DNA from: the human T2T-CHM13v2.0 reference genome, Homo sapiens
Reading direction: 5' to 3' (one strand)
Assembly (NCBI RefSeq): GCF_009914755.1
Contig: NC_060933.1
Length of the DNA: 64,000 bases
Below, piece by piece: positions 1-12,720 of this stretch (position 1 is its first letter; every line of letters begins with the position of its first letter). Under the pieces are notes generated by a model. The model was not told where the DNA came from, searched no databases, and was given only the letters and a program-made list of their open reading frames with translations. A program made the translations under genes and the position numbers.

Positions 1-3000
1 TAAATTCATTATTTAACATAAAAGTCAATCAAGAGGTAAAAAGAGGTCACAGTTTGCTTACGTATTTTCTGGCACTTCTTTGCTATTGGCTGTGTCACTT
101 TTACCCTTAACATTTCTGCAAAAATGTCTGCAGACATTTAGGGTCATCATATTCAGATACAACCTTACCCAGAAGACCAAGAAAGAGACACCAAGAGAAA
201 CATTTATCTTAAAAACTCTTAAGGTAATTTGCCCTGATTTGCCTTTGTACTGAATTGGGCCATATGCGTATTTTTGTTCTTATTTTTGGCAAAGAATCAG
301 GCTATACTTAGAGTAATCACATCATACCTGAATCTGAAGATGAGACAGTAAACTTAGAGAAGTACTGAAGCCTTGGAAGCCTTGGATATATTGAATATGT
401 TCTATTTTAGAAAGAAAAGGTGAGATAATGTATGCTGGCAGTCAACCAACAGCATATGCTCCTAATGAACAACTGGAGAGTCATTTAAGTTCAATGTTGG
501 GGATTTTATTAGAAACTGTAAGATGAACACACAATTCATTTTCTCTTTCCTTGTAAATTTGGACAATATTTGCTATATTCGCCTATATTTTGGCATAGAA
601 ATTTAGGTTCTAAGTATATAGTAGTGATGTAGCCTTCTTACAGGGTCACATAGACCCAGAATTAATAATTTTTAACACTCTTTTTATTCTCTCTGGTTGG
701 CTAACATTAAAACAATCCACAGAAAACCCCCAAGAGCTACGTATTGAGGATGGCAAAACCACAGATGGGAAAATAATAAATCTTTGAATGACCCTGCAGG
801 AAATCACAGATAGCATTCCTATTATTTAAGCAAGCAATAACTTTTATTGTTTTAAGAGTTGGAGGTTTAATTTTTTCAGCATTACTGTTACCACAATTAT
901 TACAGGAAATGAAACCAGTAAAAAAAAAAATAGAGGGAACAAGGTTTATTGACATCTATGAGGCATTTTCTTTCCCCTAATATTACATACTCTAGATTTT
1001 ATTTCTGCACAAAAAATATTCTCTATGTCTAGCCTAAAGAACTATGTCTTATTCATATTTATACTCTTCATAGATCAAAAGTGTGCTTAAAATACTGTAC
1101 ATTTAATGAGTTATTTTTGAATGTAAGCAACTTTGAATTCATCTTTGCATTTTTAATCTTATGTTTCTATTAAATGTATTATTAAATTCTACTAACACTT
1201 TCCTCAAAATAATTCTCAATATTTTGGTTTTTAATTTTTTACTGCCTTTGCATTCTCCTGGCAGAGACCCATTTCACCTCTCCTATAGATTATTTCATAA
1301 AGATTTTATCGTCTGTATCATATATATTTACAATATTAAAAGTTATCTGTAGCACGCTCTCATTGTTGCTTATAGATTAGGTTTGCTTCTCTATGTACTA
1401 CTCTGGTAGGCAGTGGTTAAATATACTGCTTTAAGCCTTTTCACAGTACCTTCTATAATATCATCATGCACAATTTTAGGCACACAGCAGAAAATCAATG
1501 AAACATATTTAATTGACTAAAAATTGAAAAACATTGGTATATATGTAGGACAGATACTGATATTTTTATAAGCTCAACTCTGAAATGGTGATGCATAAAA
1601 AGTTGATAATTCCTTTTAGCAGAAACTATTAATAGTCATTTTTCAACATAATGCAAAATATATTTGAGATTGATAAATATTTTAGAACTCAAGTGCAAGA
1701 AAGCCATTAAGGGAATCCCACAATTTTTGTTGTTTCTAAAACCTAATATAATTTAAGATTATGAACAGCCTTCTTTCTCAGAAGAAAAACATATCACCAA
1801 CCCACCACATTAAAAAAATGCATTATTCCAATCAATCTTGTTAATATACCATAGAAATTGAATTTTTTAAAAAAATTCAGAACTTTAAAAATAAATACTA
1901 ACCATAATAGCTCAATTAAAATTATATCTATATTCTTGGAGGTTTTCAAATGCCATATCTAAAAACAGGATATAGTAAGGTATATCCAGGGATAAACTAG
2001 CTGTTAAAAAATAATTGATTGAGACCTGTTATTATTGGCTAAGTAAACTTCTCTTACCTTCCAAAACATGTTCCATTATTTCATAAGATCTAGAAATGAT
2101 ATCAAGTTTGAAATTTGTTGAAATGTTTTCCTATTGACCTACTTATAAATGGGTTATTTACATATTCAGCGTAATTACTTGTGCTTAAAACTGTTTTCAA
2201 GATAAATTTGAACTATGTCATTGTTCATATAAAAGAAAGATGCTTCTTTTCAATTAATTTCTATTAGTTAATAATTCTACAAATTGTGTTTATTTCAATG
2301 GAGATTAAAGAATATAAAAAGAATAATGTTTCTGTTTTAGACTATACTTTATTAGTAAACCATTTGGGGGGTGGGGCAATGAGGATAAACTCCATCAAAG
2401 GAACATAAGTTAGAAAAGCTGTAACATAAACTTAGGTTATAAGTCTGAATTACCCTAGACAGTTAGTCTATGGAATATGAGACTGTATGCAGCCTCAGCT
2501 GGAAGCACTGCCCTTAAGCAAAGACCATGAAAGAGATGCTGAAATAATTATTCAGGCAGAAATTTAGTATAATATTTCTTTGGGAATGTTCTCCAATAGT
2601 TGGAAGTCAAAATAACAAGTAATTCTCACTTCCATTCTTTGTCTTCTCAATATACATCCCTATATCTTGCAAGGCATTTAGCAAATTAAAGTACATTTAC
2701 CAGCCTCTTTGCACTTTGATGAGTCAATGTAACTAATTTTTGGACGATAACGTGTGAACAGAAGCAATATTTGCAGCATCTAAAAGAAATGTGTGTGACC
2801 TTTTACCCGTTACCATGCTTTAGAATTCATAGCTGTTTTCAGCTATTTTGTATATAAAATAAGCATATAAAAGCGACAAAATAAATCAACATCGTAGAGC
2901 TATCGTGACATCACTGGACTTCTCCTAAAACTTTTACATGAAAAATATGTGAATTATTTCAAGCTGCTCTACTTGTTTTTCATAGACTCTGTCATTAATT

Positions 3001-4127
3001 AATTTTTTATGTACCACTAAAAAGCATTTTAAAATGCCTCTAAACTATGGCACACTGCTAAATATTTTCTAGATGCCTCAAAAAAGTTTTTATATGCAGT
3101 AATTTTGTTTTACATACACATGCACACTTAACTGATTTCAAGTTTTTTCAACTTTCATATGAAATTGAAAGTTGAAAAGGCACATGAAATGTCTTTTTGA
3201 AATTCCTAACTCAATTTAATTTTTTTTTACATTTAGGTTTACCATACTGTTTTAACAAAATGCTCCGTATTTATTCTAATATTTTTAAAACTTTAGGAAT
3301 AAATTAATATTTTGGATTGTTCTACAGTATTGTATCCTGAACTGGAACTTTTTTTACTGATTTATTAATTGAAATATGAAATATGATATGCACATGTGAA
3401 AGACACAGATCTTGAGCATATAGCATTAAACATTTTTAGAACGTAAAATACTAATGTCATCACAACCTACATGAATATGAATTGAGTATTACTAGAATCC
3501 AGGAGTCTCTATTGTGAACCTCCAATCATTACTATAGGCAACCACTGTTCTTACTTTTATCTTTATAAATTACATTTGCTTGACATTGAACTTCATAGAA
3601 ATTCAACCATACAATAGATATTAATTTCAATCTGGTTCAAAAAAACACAACCAACAGCGTGGGTGTCAGTGTGATATTCTGTGCTGCTTCTCAGCTGAAT
3701 CAATGGTGCTGACAGCTGCAATAGCAACAGCAGTGTCTTCAGAAGTTTTACTGAGAGTTTGGAGTCCAGAGTTTCTGCCTAACGGCAGCTGCGCTCAAAT
3801 AGGGCCAATGGTCAGTCTGGAATCATGGGACCCAGAATGCACCACCTTCTCCTACTCATTTTTCACAGTTAAGGATGGAAGTGGCTTCCTTCATTTGCTC
3901 ATCATCTGGAGTAGCAGGCCTCTTTTGCTCTTTCAGTGTTTCTAACATTGTTGTAACCACGCCCCCAACCCCTGTATTATATTGTCTATGCTTTAAAAAC
4001 TATTTTGTGGACTTGAATAAAATTTATTTTCCCATTCCCGATATAAAATAATTGGGTCATTCTTTACTCATGTATCAATTCAAATTTCTAAGACTCTATT
4101 TATCTCTTCTCCTCAATAATGTTTCTT

Positions 4128-4430
4128 TTTTCTTTTGCTTTTTTTTAGACAGGGTCTTGTGCTCTCACCCAGGCTGGAGTGCAGTGGGTGGAACACAGCT
4201 CACTACAGCCTTGACCTCTTGAATTCAAGTGATCCTCACACTTCAGCCTCCAGAGTAGCTTTGATGACAGGTGTGTGCCACCAGGCCCAGCTACTTTTCT
4301 TTACTTTTTGTAGAGACATGGTCTTGCCATATTACCCAGGCTAGTCTCAGATCCCTGGGCTCAAGTATCCTCCTGCCTCCACCTCCCAAAATGCTGGGAT
4401 TATAGGTGTAAGCCACCATGCCCAGCTAAT
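4128..4430 (-). mobile_element. Alu (old, AluJ-like)
   Basis: Poly-T followed by antisense Alu body. Confidence 0.85.
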
Positions 4431-4465
4431 GTTTTCTATTTACCATCTCTTTTCGCATACATATG

Positions 4466-4466
<1 letters not shown>

Positions 4467-4515
<49 letters not shown>
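4467..4515. repeat. (TA)n microsatellite
   Basis: Pure TA run. Confidence 0.97.
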
Positions 4516-4522
<7 letters not shown>

Positions 4523-5034
4523 ATAGTATGGATGTGTATATACCATATTATTAACAATTAGATCTAAAATATAGAAAGAATTTTAATACCTTTATTTTCT
4601 GTACCTTCATAGTTAATCTCATATTTTCCAAATCTGTTAATGTGGCACTGGTCACAGTTATAGCTCCAAGGAATGAGCATCTGCTTAGTCTCATAACCAG
4701 GACCCAACCTGCAACATTAGTATTACAAATTACTTTCTAATTCCAGTCTCACTCTTTCATCACCAGTTCTATCTCTGCACACTTACTAATCCCAATTATT
4801 TCAAAGCAAGTTGCTTAACCTGCTGTGGCAGTTTTCCCCTCTCCTTCAACTTTCTCTCTTTTTTTCTCCTAATAATACCTGCCATGTAAGAATCCCTTTC
4901 ATTACATACATCAAATAGCCACTTCTTCCAACAATTTTATTCAACCTAAGTATTCAACCTAAGGGCTTAGATTCATGGTCTGTCCTTACAATGCCGTTCC
5001 ATCTTTTTAAAGCTAATTGCGATGCACCTAGTCA

Positions 5035-5660
5035 TTTTTATTGCGCACTATGTATGATAGCCAAGATACAGAATAAGCCTAAGTGTCTGGCAACAGATGA
5101 ATGCAAAAAGAAAATGCACTATCTGTATACAATGAAGTACTCTTTAGCCATAAAAAGTAAAATCTTGCCATTTATGACAATATGGATGAATCTAGAGGAC
5201 ATCGTGGTAAGTGAAATAAGCCAGACACAGAAAGACAAGTACAGCATGATCTCACTCATAAGTGGAGTCTAAAAAAAAAAGAAAATACAAACATTTTAAA
5301 AAGTTAATAGCATAGAAGCAGAGAGTAGAAAAATGTTACCAGAGACTAAAGACAGGAGGACAAAAAGAAGGATGAGGAAACTTTGATTGATGGTATAAAA
5401 TTACAACTAGATAAGAGCAATAAATTCTGGTGTTCTGTTGCATGTAGAGCAAGTATGGTTAACAGTGAAATATCGTATATTACAAAATAGCTTGAAGAGT
5501 TGTCTTCGAATGTTCTCACCACAAAGAAATGACAAATATGTAAGATAATAGATTCACTCTGAATGGATCATTATACAACATGGATAGGTATCCAGGTATC
5601 AAATTGTACCCCATGAATATGTACAATTATTACATGTCAATTAATAAATAAATAATAAGA
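5035..5660 (+). mobile_element. L1M 3' end (ORF2 C-terminus and 3' UTR)
   Basis: Translates to ...ILPFMTIWMNLEDIVVSEISQTQKDKYSMISLISG, typical of the L1 ORF2 end; A-rich tail near 5645. Confidence 0.85.
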
Positions 5661-6927
5661 TCACTAGATTTAATCAAGAGACTCTTATTGACTTGTTCTC
5701 ATTTTAGAATTTTAAAACTAGTCTGCCCTATTGCAAACTACCTATTTTTAAAACTACTCTTCTCCTGCACAAAAATCTCTCAAAGTCTCCTTTCTCCTGA
5801 AAGAAAAATGACCTATTTAATTTACAAATATTTCAAAAATTAGTACACAACATTTTATGTATGAAAATAATGCTGTAGACTGACTTGCAAATAACATTCT
5901 AAGATTCCCATTACCTTTAAGAGGAGTCAGCTGTCATTTTGGAAAAATTAAGATTTCAACAATTTTACACATATTATGAAAATATTTTTGATAACGAAAA
6001 ATGTTCAATCTTAAATCGTGTAAATAAGTAAATAGAGAGGTAAAATAAAAAGCTTAATGTTTATGTGATATTGAGAAAAAATCTTTTTTAAAAATAAAAT
6101 ACAGATTAAAATACAACTTGGTGCTTTAACTGAAGGGTGTCCCTACTCCCTGATGCGTTTGAGACTGTCACAAACCTGAACCCATTTGGACAATACATGA
6201 AATAATCATTTTGCATCATTTCACTATTGGGGAAATGATAACTTCTTACATTAAATGAAAAAAAAACTGAAAAAGTAGTATTACTTTGTCTTTTAAGTGG
6301 CAAGATAGGGTTGATATGATGCCGAAGTACAAACAGTAAGGACTAAGTGAGGATGGAGGATATATGAATAAAAGTATCAAAAGTCAAGAGAAATGATAAA
6401 ACAGACAATTCTGGGGAACACTAGTAGAAGCTATGCATGGAATATGGTTAGACAAACAGTGATATTTACTTTTGAGTTTTGCTTACATATTTCTAACATT
6501 TCTTGATAGGACTGGCATTCTAACAGTTATTCTTATTGTTATAAATTCTTTCTCTGGACTCATTTCAACTGATAAATGCCAAGGTAGGCAGTTGGATGCT
6601 AGGATAATCTGGCCATAAATCATGATTCAGGGTTATAAACAAAGTGTATGCTTTATTTTGTTGTGGTGGTGGTTCCTTCATAACTAGGAAAAGGGAGACA
6701 AGCTTTCTTACTTTTCAACAAAAAGTTTCTCTGTAATCATTTACATGCTGACCTTCTTATATAAATACACAAAGTGACTCTTAGGAACATGTAAGTGATT
6801 ATAGGAAGTTAACATATACCAATGACTTATTTGCCACCAACTTTATAAGTAGGCTTCTAGTTACTGCAGCATATTAAATAATGGTATCATTTGTTTTTCT
6901 GAAACAGATGCAAAACACTGTGTTCAA

Positions 6928-7001
6928 TTTTTTTTTTTAAGATGGTGTCTTGCTCTGTCGCCAGGCTGCAGAGCAGTGATGCAATCTTGGCTCACTGCAA
7001 C
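6928..7001 (-). mobile_element. Truncated Alu (3' ~75 bp) at junction
   Basis: Poly-T then AGATGGTGTCTTGCTCTGTCGCCAGGCTG...CTCACTGCAACC, followed abruptly by ACRO1-like sequence. Confidence 0.85.
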
Positions 7002-7730
7002 CACATTGCTACCACTGTAGCCGAGTTGTGGTCTCTGATGTCACCAACAGCTGCAGCGAGGTAAGCCACGGAGGCGCAGGCTCTGGCTCCAGCCTCCAGC
7101 ATGCAGCGGTGTCTCTTCCTTCTCCTCGTCTTCCAGCCCGGCAGGAGAAGCTCCCGCTGCTAGCCTCCCTCCTACCGCTCCGTCACCAACACAACCAACA
7201 GGGAGGCAGCGCCCCAGGCTCCAGGCTCCAGGCTCCAGCGGGTGAAAACTAATGGACCCTTCTAGTTCTCTAACCCAGGTACCTAGCAGCTGAGCACACT
7301 GACACAGAAGACCCAAAAATGACGCACCACTTCCTCAGCACGCTTTATATACTGAAGTTACGGATCCTGGACTACATGTTCTGATTGGATGAGAGAAAAA
7401 CCTCTAGGCCTACTCTGATTGGACTTTATTTTCATGCTGTGATTGGTTATTTTAAGACTTGCCCTCATGCAATCAGAACATGAAGTCTAGGAACCGGCAT
7501 GCGCATAACCTCCGTATATAAATGATGCTGAAAAACTGTTACGGTTTTTTTTTTTTTAGGGTTCGGTGTTTTACTGTTGAGCTGCTCAGTGCCCAGCTTA
7601 GAGGACCAGGAAAAGGAGTCACCGGCCGTATGCTGGAGGCTTGAGACACGGCACAGCGGCGCAGCTCGCCTCGCTATGGTTGGTGGTGGCAGTGGAGATT
7701 GCGATTGCCGCGCGGCTGGAGGGGTAGGAA
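7002..7730. repeat. ACRO1-like / BAGE exon-1-like GC-rich units in inverted arrangement
   Basis: 7555-7730 (+) TTTAGGG...GAGCTGCTCAGTGCCCAGCTTAGAGGACCAGGA...GCTGGAGGCT...GCTCGCCTCGCT...GGTGGTGGCAG resembles the recalled BAGE 5' UTR and ACRO1 unit; related units lie on the - strand at 7002-7330. Confidence 0.65.
7335..7530. promoter_or_regulatory. Palindromic divergent TATA/CCAAT promoter core
   Basis: TTTATATA at 7344 (TATA on - strand), ATTGG at 7384, 7418 and 7442, GCAAT at 7469, TATATAAA at 7515; arms 7335-7393 and 7464-7530 are diverged reverse complements. Confidence 0.65.
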
Positions 7731-8975
7731 GAGGAAAATAGTTTTGGGATAGATAGAGGGGTGGGTAAAGAGTTTGGTTATTGCCAAAGGGAAAAAAGGA
7801 TAGCGAGGAGGAGAAGGCGTTGCAAAAAGACGATGGGGAAAAGATGGTGGGGAAAAAAGGTTTTGGGTAGATGGAGGTGGAAAGACAGGGTGTGGAGCGG
7901 GAGTGAGGGAAGGTTTTGCAGAAAGACGGTGGATAGAAAGTTTATGGGTGGATGAAGGGGGAAAAGATGGTGGCAATTGGGGAGAGGAGAGAGTGGTGAG
8001 GTGGGGGAAATGGGCTAGCAGTAGGGAGAGAGGGTTTTGTGAAAAGACAGTGGGGAGAGAAGTTTTTGGGTAGATAGAGGAGCAGAAGAAGATAGCAAGT
8101 GGGAGAAGGAAAAAGGGTAACTAGCGGGAGGAAGACAAGGTTTTGCGAAAAAACAGTGGCAGAAAAGAAAGATGGTGGCGAAAAGACGGTAGGTAAAAAG
8201 TGTTTGGGTAGATGGAGGAGGGAAAGAGGGTGACGAGGAGGAGAAAGGAGGGTGGCGAGAAGGGAGCAGGGAAAGAAGGGTGGGAAAAAGACGGGAAAAT
8301 AGTTTGGGATAGATGCAGGGCAAAAAAAAGGGTGACAAGCAGGATAGGGGAGAGAAGAGGACGAGTGGGAAGAGGGGGCAGACTTTGTGAAAAGATGGGG
8401 AAATTTTGGGGGGTAGATGGGGGGAAGAGAGAGGTGAGCAGGAGTGGGGAGAAGGCTTTGAGAAAAGATGGTGGGGAAATGTTTTTGGGTAGATGGAGAA
8501 GGGAAAGAGTGGCAAGGAGGAGCAGGAGGAAAGACAATGAGGAAAACAGTTTTTGGGTAGATAAAGGGGGAAAAGAGGGTGGTGAGCAGCAGGAGTAGGG
8601 AAAAGGCTTTGGGAAAAGACGGGGGGAAAATGTTTTTGCTTAGATGGAGGAGGAAAAGGGCATGATGACAGCAGGAGGGGGAAAAAAGAGGGTGGCCAGG
8701 GAGAAGGGGGAAAATACGGTGGGAAAAAACGGGAGAAAGTGTTTGGGTAGATGGTTGGGGAAAAGCGTGGTGAGCGGGAGAATAGAGAAGGCTTTGCGAA
8801 ATGACGGGGGTGGGGGCGGGGAGAAAACGAAATGATGGTGGGGAGAAAACGATGAAAACGGTGAAAACGTTTGGGGGTAGATGGAGGAAGAGAAAGGGTG
8901 GTGAGAGGGAGAGAGCGAAATGCGGTCGGGAAAAGAAGGTGGGGAAATAGTGGGGGACAAAAGTTTTGGGTAGAT
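7730..8975 (+). repeat. Purine-rich (GA) degenerate tandem repeat
   Basis: About 13 recurrences of a TTTGGGTAGATGG-like anchor at ~70-140 bp spacing within an A/G-dominated + strand. Confidence 0.85.
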
Positions 8976-8984
8976 TTTTAAAAA

Positions 8985-11900
8985 TAAGATTATTTGTATT
9001 TTCACTTTTGAGTAGTTTGAGTTCTTTAGATATTTTGTGTATTAACCTCTTGCCTGATGCATAGCTGCAAAGACTTTCTTCCATTCTCGGGTTCTGTCTT
9101 CATTATACTGATTGTGCTTCCTCTGCTTTGGAAAAGGTTTTAAGTTTAATGTAATTACATCTTTGCTTTTGTTGCTTGTGCTTTTGATGTCTATTTGAAA
9201 ATTCCTTGTCCTAACCAATTTCATGAAGCATTTATCCTATGTTTTCTTCTCTGGTAGTTTCATAGTTTCAGGTCCTGTATTTAAATCTTTTATTTTGAGT
9301 AGATTTTTGTATATGGTAAGGTAATGGCCTAGATGTATTCTTGTACATGTGGGTGTTGGGTTTTCCTAGTACAGTTTATTGAAGAGATTGTCCTTCCCGA
9401 AGGTGTGTTCTTGGGGCCTTTGTTAAAAATGAATTGACCGTAAACGCGTGAATTTATTTATGATTTCTCTATTCTGTTTCACTTGTCTATGTCTGTCTGT
9501 CTCATTCGTTCATCTCTCTTGTCTCTCCCCCGCCCCTTTTATTGAGAGTACCATACTGTTTTGATAGTACCATCCTTACTATAAATTTGTAGTATATTTT
9601 GAAATCAGGTAGTGTGATGCCTCCAGCTTTTCTTTTTATTCCAGATTCTTTTGTCTATCTGAGGTATTTTGAACTTCCATGTGAATTTTGAGATTCTTTT
9701 TCTATTTCAATGAAGAATGTCTTGTAATTGAACATGGATTGCATTGATTCTGTAGATCACATTGGGTGATACACATATTTTAACATTCTTCTAGTGCATA
9801 GAGATGGGATATCTTTCCATTTACTTGTGTCTGCTTTAGTATCTTTCATCTATGTTTTATGAAGTTTTCATTTTGGGATCTCTTGCCTTTTTGGTTAAGT
9901 TTATTCCTAGATATCATTTTTTTGGTAATGAAATAGCTTTCTCGATTTCTTTCTTAGATATTTCACTATTGGTGCATGGGTGTAGTATTCATTTTTATAT
10001 TTTGATACTGTATCTTGGAACTTGACTAATTTATTATTTCTAGTAGGTTTTTTGTGGAATCTTTAGGGTTCTCTCTATATATGTTCATGTCACCTGGAAA
10101 CAGACAATTTGACTCCTTTTTTCCAATTTGGATGCCTTTTATTGCATTCTCCTAATTGCTCTAGCTAGGACTTCCAGTATTATGATGAACAAAAGTGGTG
10201 TAAAAGTAGCCACACTTGTTCCAGATCTTAGAGGAGAAGAGCTTTTAACTTTTCCTTCTTGATTATGTTAGCTGTGGGTTTGTCATATATGGCCTTTATT
10301 GCACTGAGATATGTGTCTTCTGTACTCATGTTGTTGAGTTTTTATCATGAAGGAATGTTGACTTTTATTTTTTTCAGCGTCTACTGAAATGATTATATGG
10401 TTTTTGTTGTTGATTTGCTGAATGTGATGTTGCATATTTATTTGTGTTTATTGAATCATCCTCATATTCCTGGGTTGAATGAAATCCACTTGATCATGGA
10501 AGATGATCTTTTTATTGCATTGTCAAATGCAATTTTCAAGTATTTTGCTGAGGATTTCTTACACCTCTGTTCATCAGGGATATTTGCCTGTGGTTTCCTT
10601 TTTGTGTTGTGTTCTGGTCTGGTTTTTGTACCAGGGTCATGCTGTCCTCATAGAACAAGTTTTGAAGCCTTTCTTCCTCTTCATTTTATGGGGAATATTT
10701 TGAGTAAAATAGATATTAGCTATTTTTAAAATGTTTGGTAATTCAGCAGGAAAACCATGATTCTTGTGTTTTTCTTTGCCAGGAGACTTTTTATGACTGC
10801 TTTAATTGCATTCCTCATTATTGGTCTGTTCAGGTTTTTTATTTTTATTTTTTATCATTCTATCTTGGGAATTCGTTATGTGTCTAGAAATGTATTCACT
10901 TCCAGATTTTTCAATTTGTTTGTGATGTTTTTAGTAATCTTTTAATGCTTCGTATTTCTGGGTTACCAGTTCTAATGCCTTCTTTATGACTTTGTTTTCT
11001 TTTTATCTAACTTCATCTAGTTAAAACTCGTCAATTTTGATTTTTTTTAAAACACCCCAGCTTTTGTTTCATTGACTTTTTGTATTTTTTGTTTCTATTT
11101 TTAAAATTTCTTCTCTAATCTTTATGGTATTTTTTCTGCGAATTCTAGCATTTGATTGTTCTTGTTTTTCTCATTACTGGAGGTGTACTGTCAGGCTATT
11201 TGAGATCTTCCTACTTTTCTGATGCAGGCATTTATAGCTATACACTTTTCCTCTTAGAATTGCCTTTGGTGCATCCCACAGGATTTATGTTGTGTTTCTA
11301 TTCTTACTTGTTTCAATAAATATTTAATTTCCCTTGTATTTTTTTCATTTCTTTTATTGGTTGTTCATGAGCGTGTATTTTAATTTCCATGTATTTGTAC
11401 AGTTTTTAAAGTTCTATCTGTTACTGATTTCTAATACTATTCGACTGTGGTCAGAAAAGATACTTGATATGAATTCAGTTTTTAAAAATGTGTTGGGTGA
11501 CCGAGGCGGGATCACGAGGTCAGGAGATCGAGACCATCCTGGCTAACACGGTGAAACTCCGTCTCTACTAAAAATACAAAAAATTAGCCGGGCGTGGTGG
11601 CCGGCTCCTCCGGAGGCTGAAGCAGGAGAATGGCGTCAACCCGGGAGGCGGAGCTTGCAGTGAGCCGAGATAGTGCCACTGCACTCCAGCCTGGGAGACA
11701 GAGACTCCACCTCAAAAAAAAAAAAAAGTGTTGTGACTTGTTTTTTGGCCTAACACAGTCTGTCCTGTAGAATAATCGATGTGCCACTCAGTAGAATGAG
11801 CATTGTGCAGTTGCAGAGTGAAAAGCTGTGTAAATGTCTGTTAGGTCCATTCTGTATAGAGTACAGTTTAACTGATGATGTTTTGTTGTCTGGATGATCT

Positions 11901-12570
11901 GTCCGTTCGCGATAGTGGGGTGTTGATTACGGTGGAGTGTTGAGGTACTCTATTATTGTATTGCAGTCCCTCTGTCCTTTAAAGCCTGTTAATATTTGCA
12001 TCTATATTTAGGTGCTTCAGTGTTGGTTGCATATGCACTTAACGGCTGTTTACTTGTTTCTCATTATATAATTATCTTTATTTTTTCTTTTTTTGAGTTA
12101 AAGGCTATTTTATCTAAGTATAGCTACTCCTGCTTTTTTTGTTTCCGTTTGTATGGAATATCTCTTATCATCCCTTGACTTTGTCTGTGTATGTCTTTAT
12201 AGGTGAACTGAGTTCCTTGTAGGCAGGACATAATTGGGTCTTTTAATCCATTCAGCCACTCTGTCTTAATTTAATTTACATTCAAGATTATTACAGATAA
12301 AAACATACTACTGCCATTTTTTACTTTTTTGATTGTTTTGCTTTTTCTTTTGTTCTTTCTCCCTTCCTCTTTTCTTTCTGATCTCTTTTTATTTCTTCTC
12401 TTTCCTCCTTGCCTTTCTTCCTGTCTTTATTTGTAGTGAAGTAATTTTTTCTGGTAGTGTTTTAATTCCTTGGTTTTTATGTTTAGAGTGTCTGTTGATT
12501 TTTGTTTTCTGGTTACCATGAGGCTAAACAACATAACAAGTTACTTTAAACCGAAGAAAACTTAACTTTG
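8985..12570 (-). mobile_element. L1M ORF2 fragment, antisense, degenerate, with inserted Alu
   Basis: T-rich antisense L1 ORF2 motifs (CTAGCTAGGACTTCCAGTATTATG, GTGGTCAGAAAAGATACTTGATATG, GTGTGATGCCTCCAGCTTT). Confidence 0.88.
11497..11727 (+). mobile_element. AluY-like, 5'-truncated with internal deletion, inserted in L1
   Basis: GATCACGAGGTCAGGAGATCGAGACCATCCTGGCTAACACGG diagnostic; poly-A; approximate TSD AAAA(T)GTGTTG. Confidence 0.9.
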
Positions 12571-12574
12571 ATTG

Positions 12575-12720
12575 GTCTCAGCTACTCAGGAGGCTCAGGT
12601 GGGAGGACCGCTTGAGCCTGGGAGGCCGAGGTTGCAGTGAGCTGAAATCGCACCACTGCACTCTCCAGCCTGGGTGACAGAGTGAGACCATGTCTCACAA
12701 AATAAATAAATAAATAAAAA
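12575..12720 (+). mobile_element. Alu right-arm fragment at L1/PARG-segment junction
   Basis: Begins mid-Alu at CTCAGCTACTCAGGAGGC; ends in (AAAT)n tail. Confidence 0.85.

Noticed and set aside
1-6927. AT-rich block searched for exons, including ORF 3703-3945
   Set aside because: Only old repeat debris (probable ERVL-type LTR near 3.7-4.0 kb, L1M, Alu); no recognisable coding exon, and the donor locus was not identified.
7744-8975. CRISPR-like recurrence of a short motif with spacers
   Set aside because: Primate DNA; the spacers are related to each other and irregular in length, consistent with a degenerate tandem repeat.
7674-9084. 380-aa minus-strand ORF and overlapping ORFs
   Set aside because: Low-complexity P/F/S/L translation of the pyrimidine strand of the GA repeat, which is depleted of stop codons; its N-terminus is L1 ORF2 debris.
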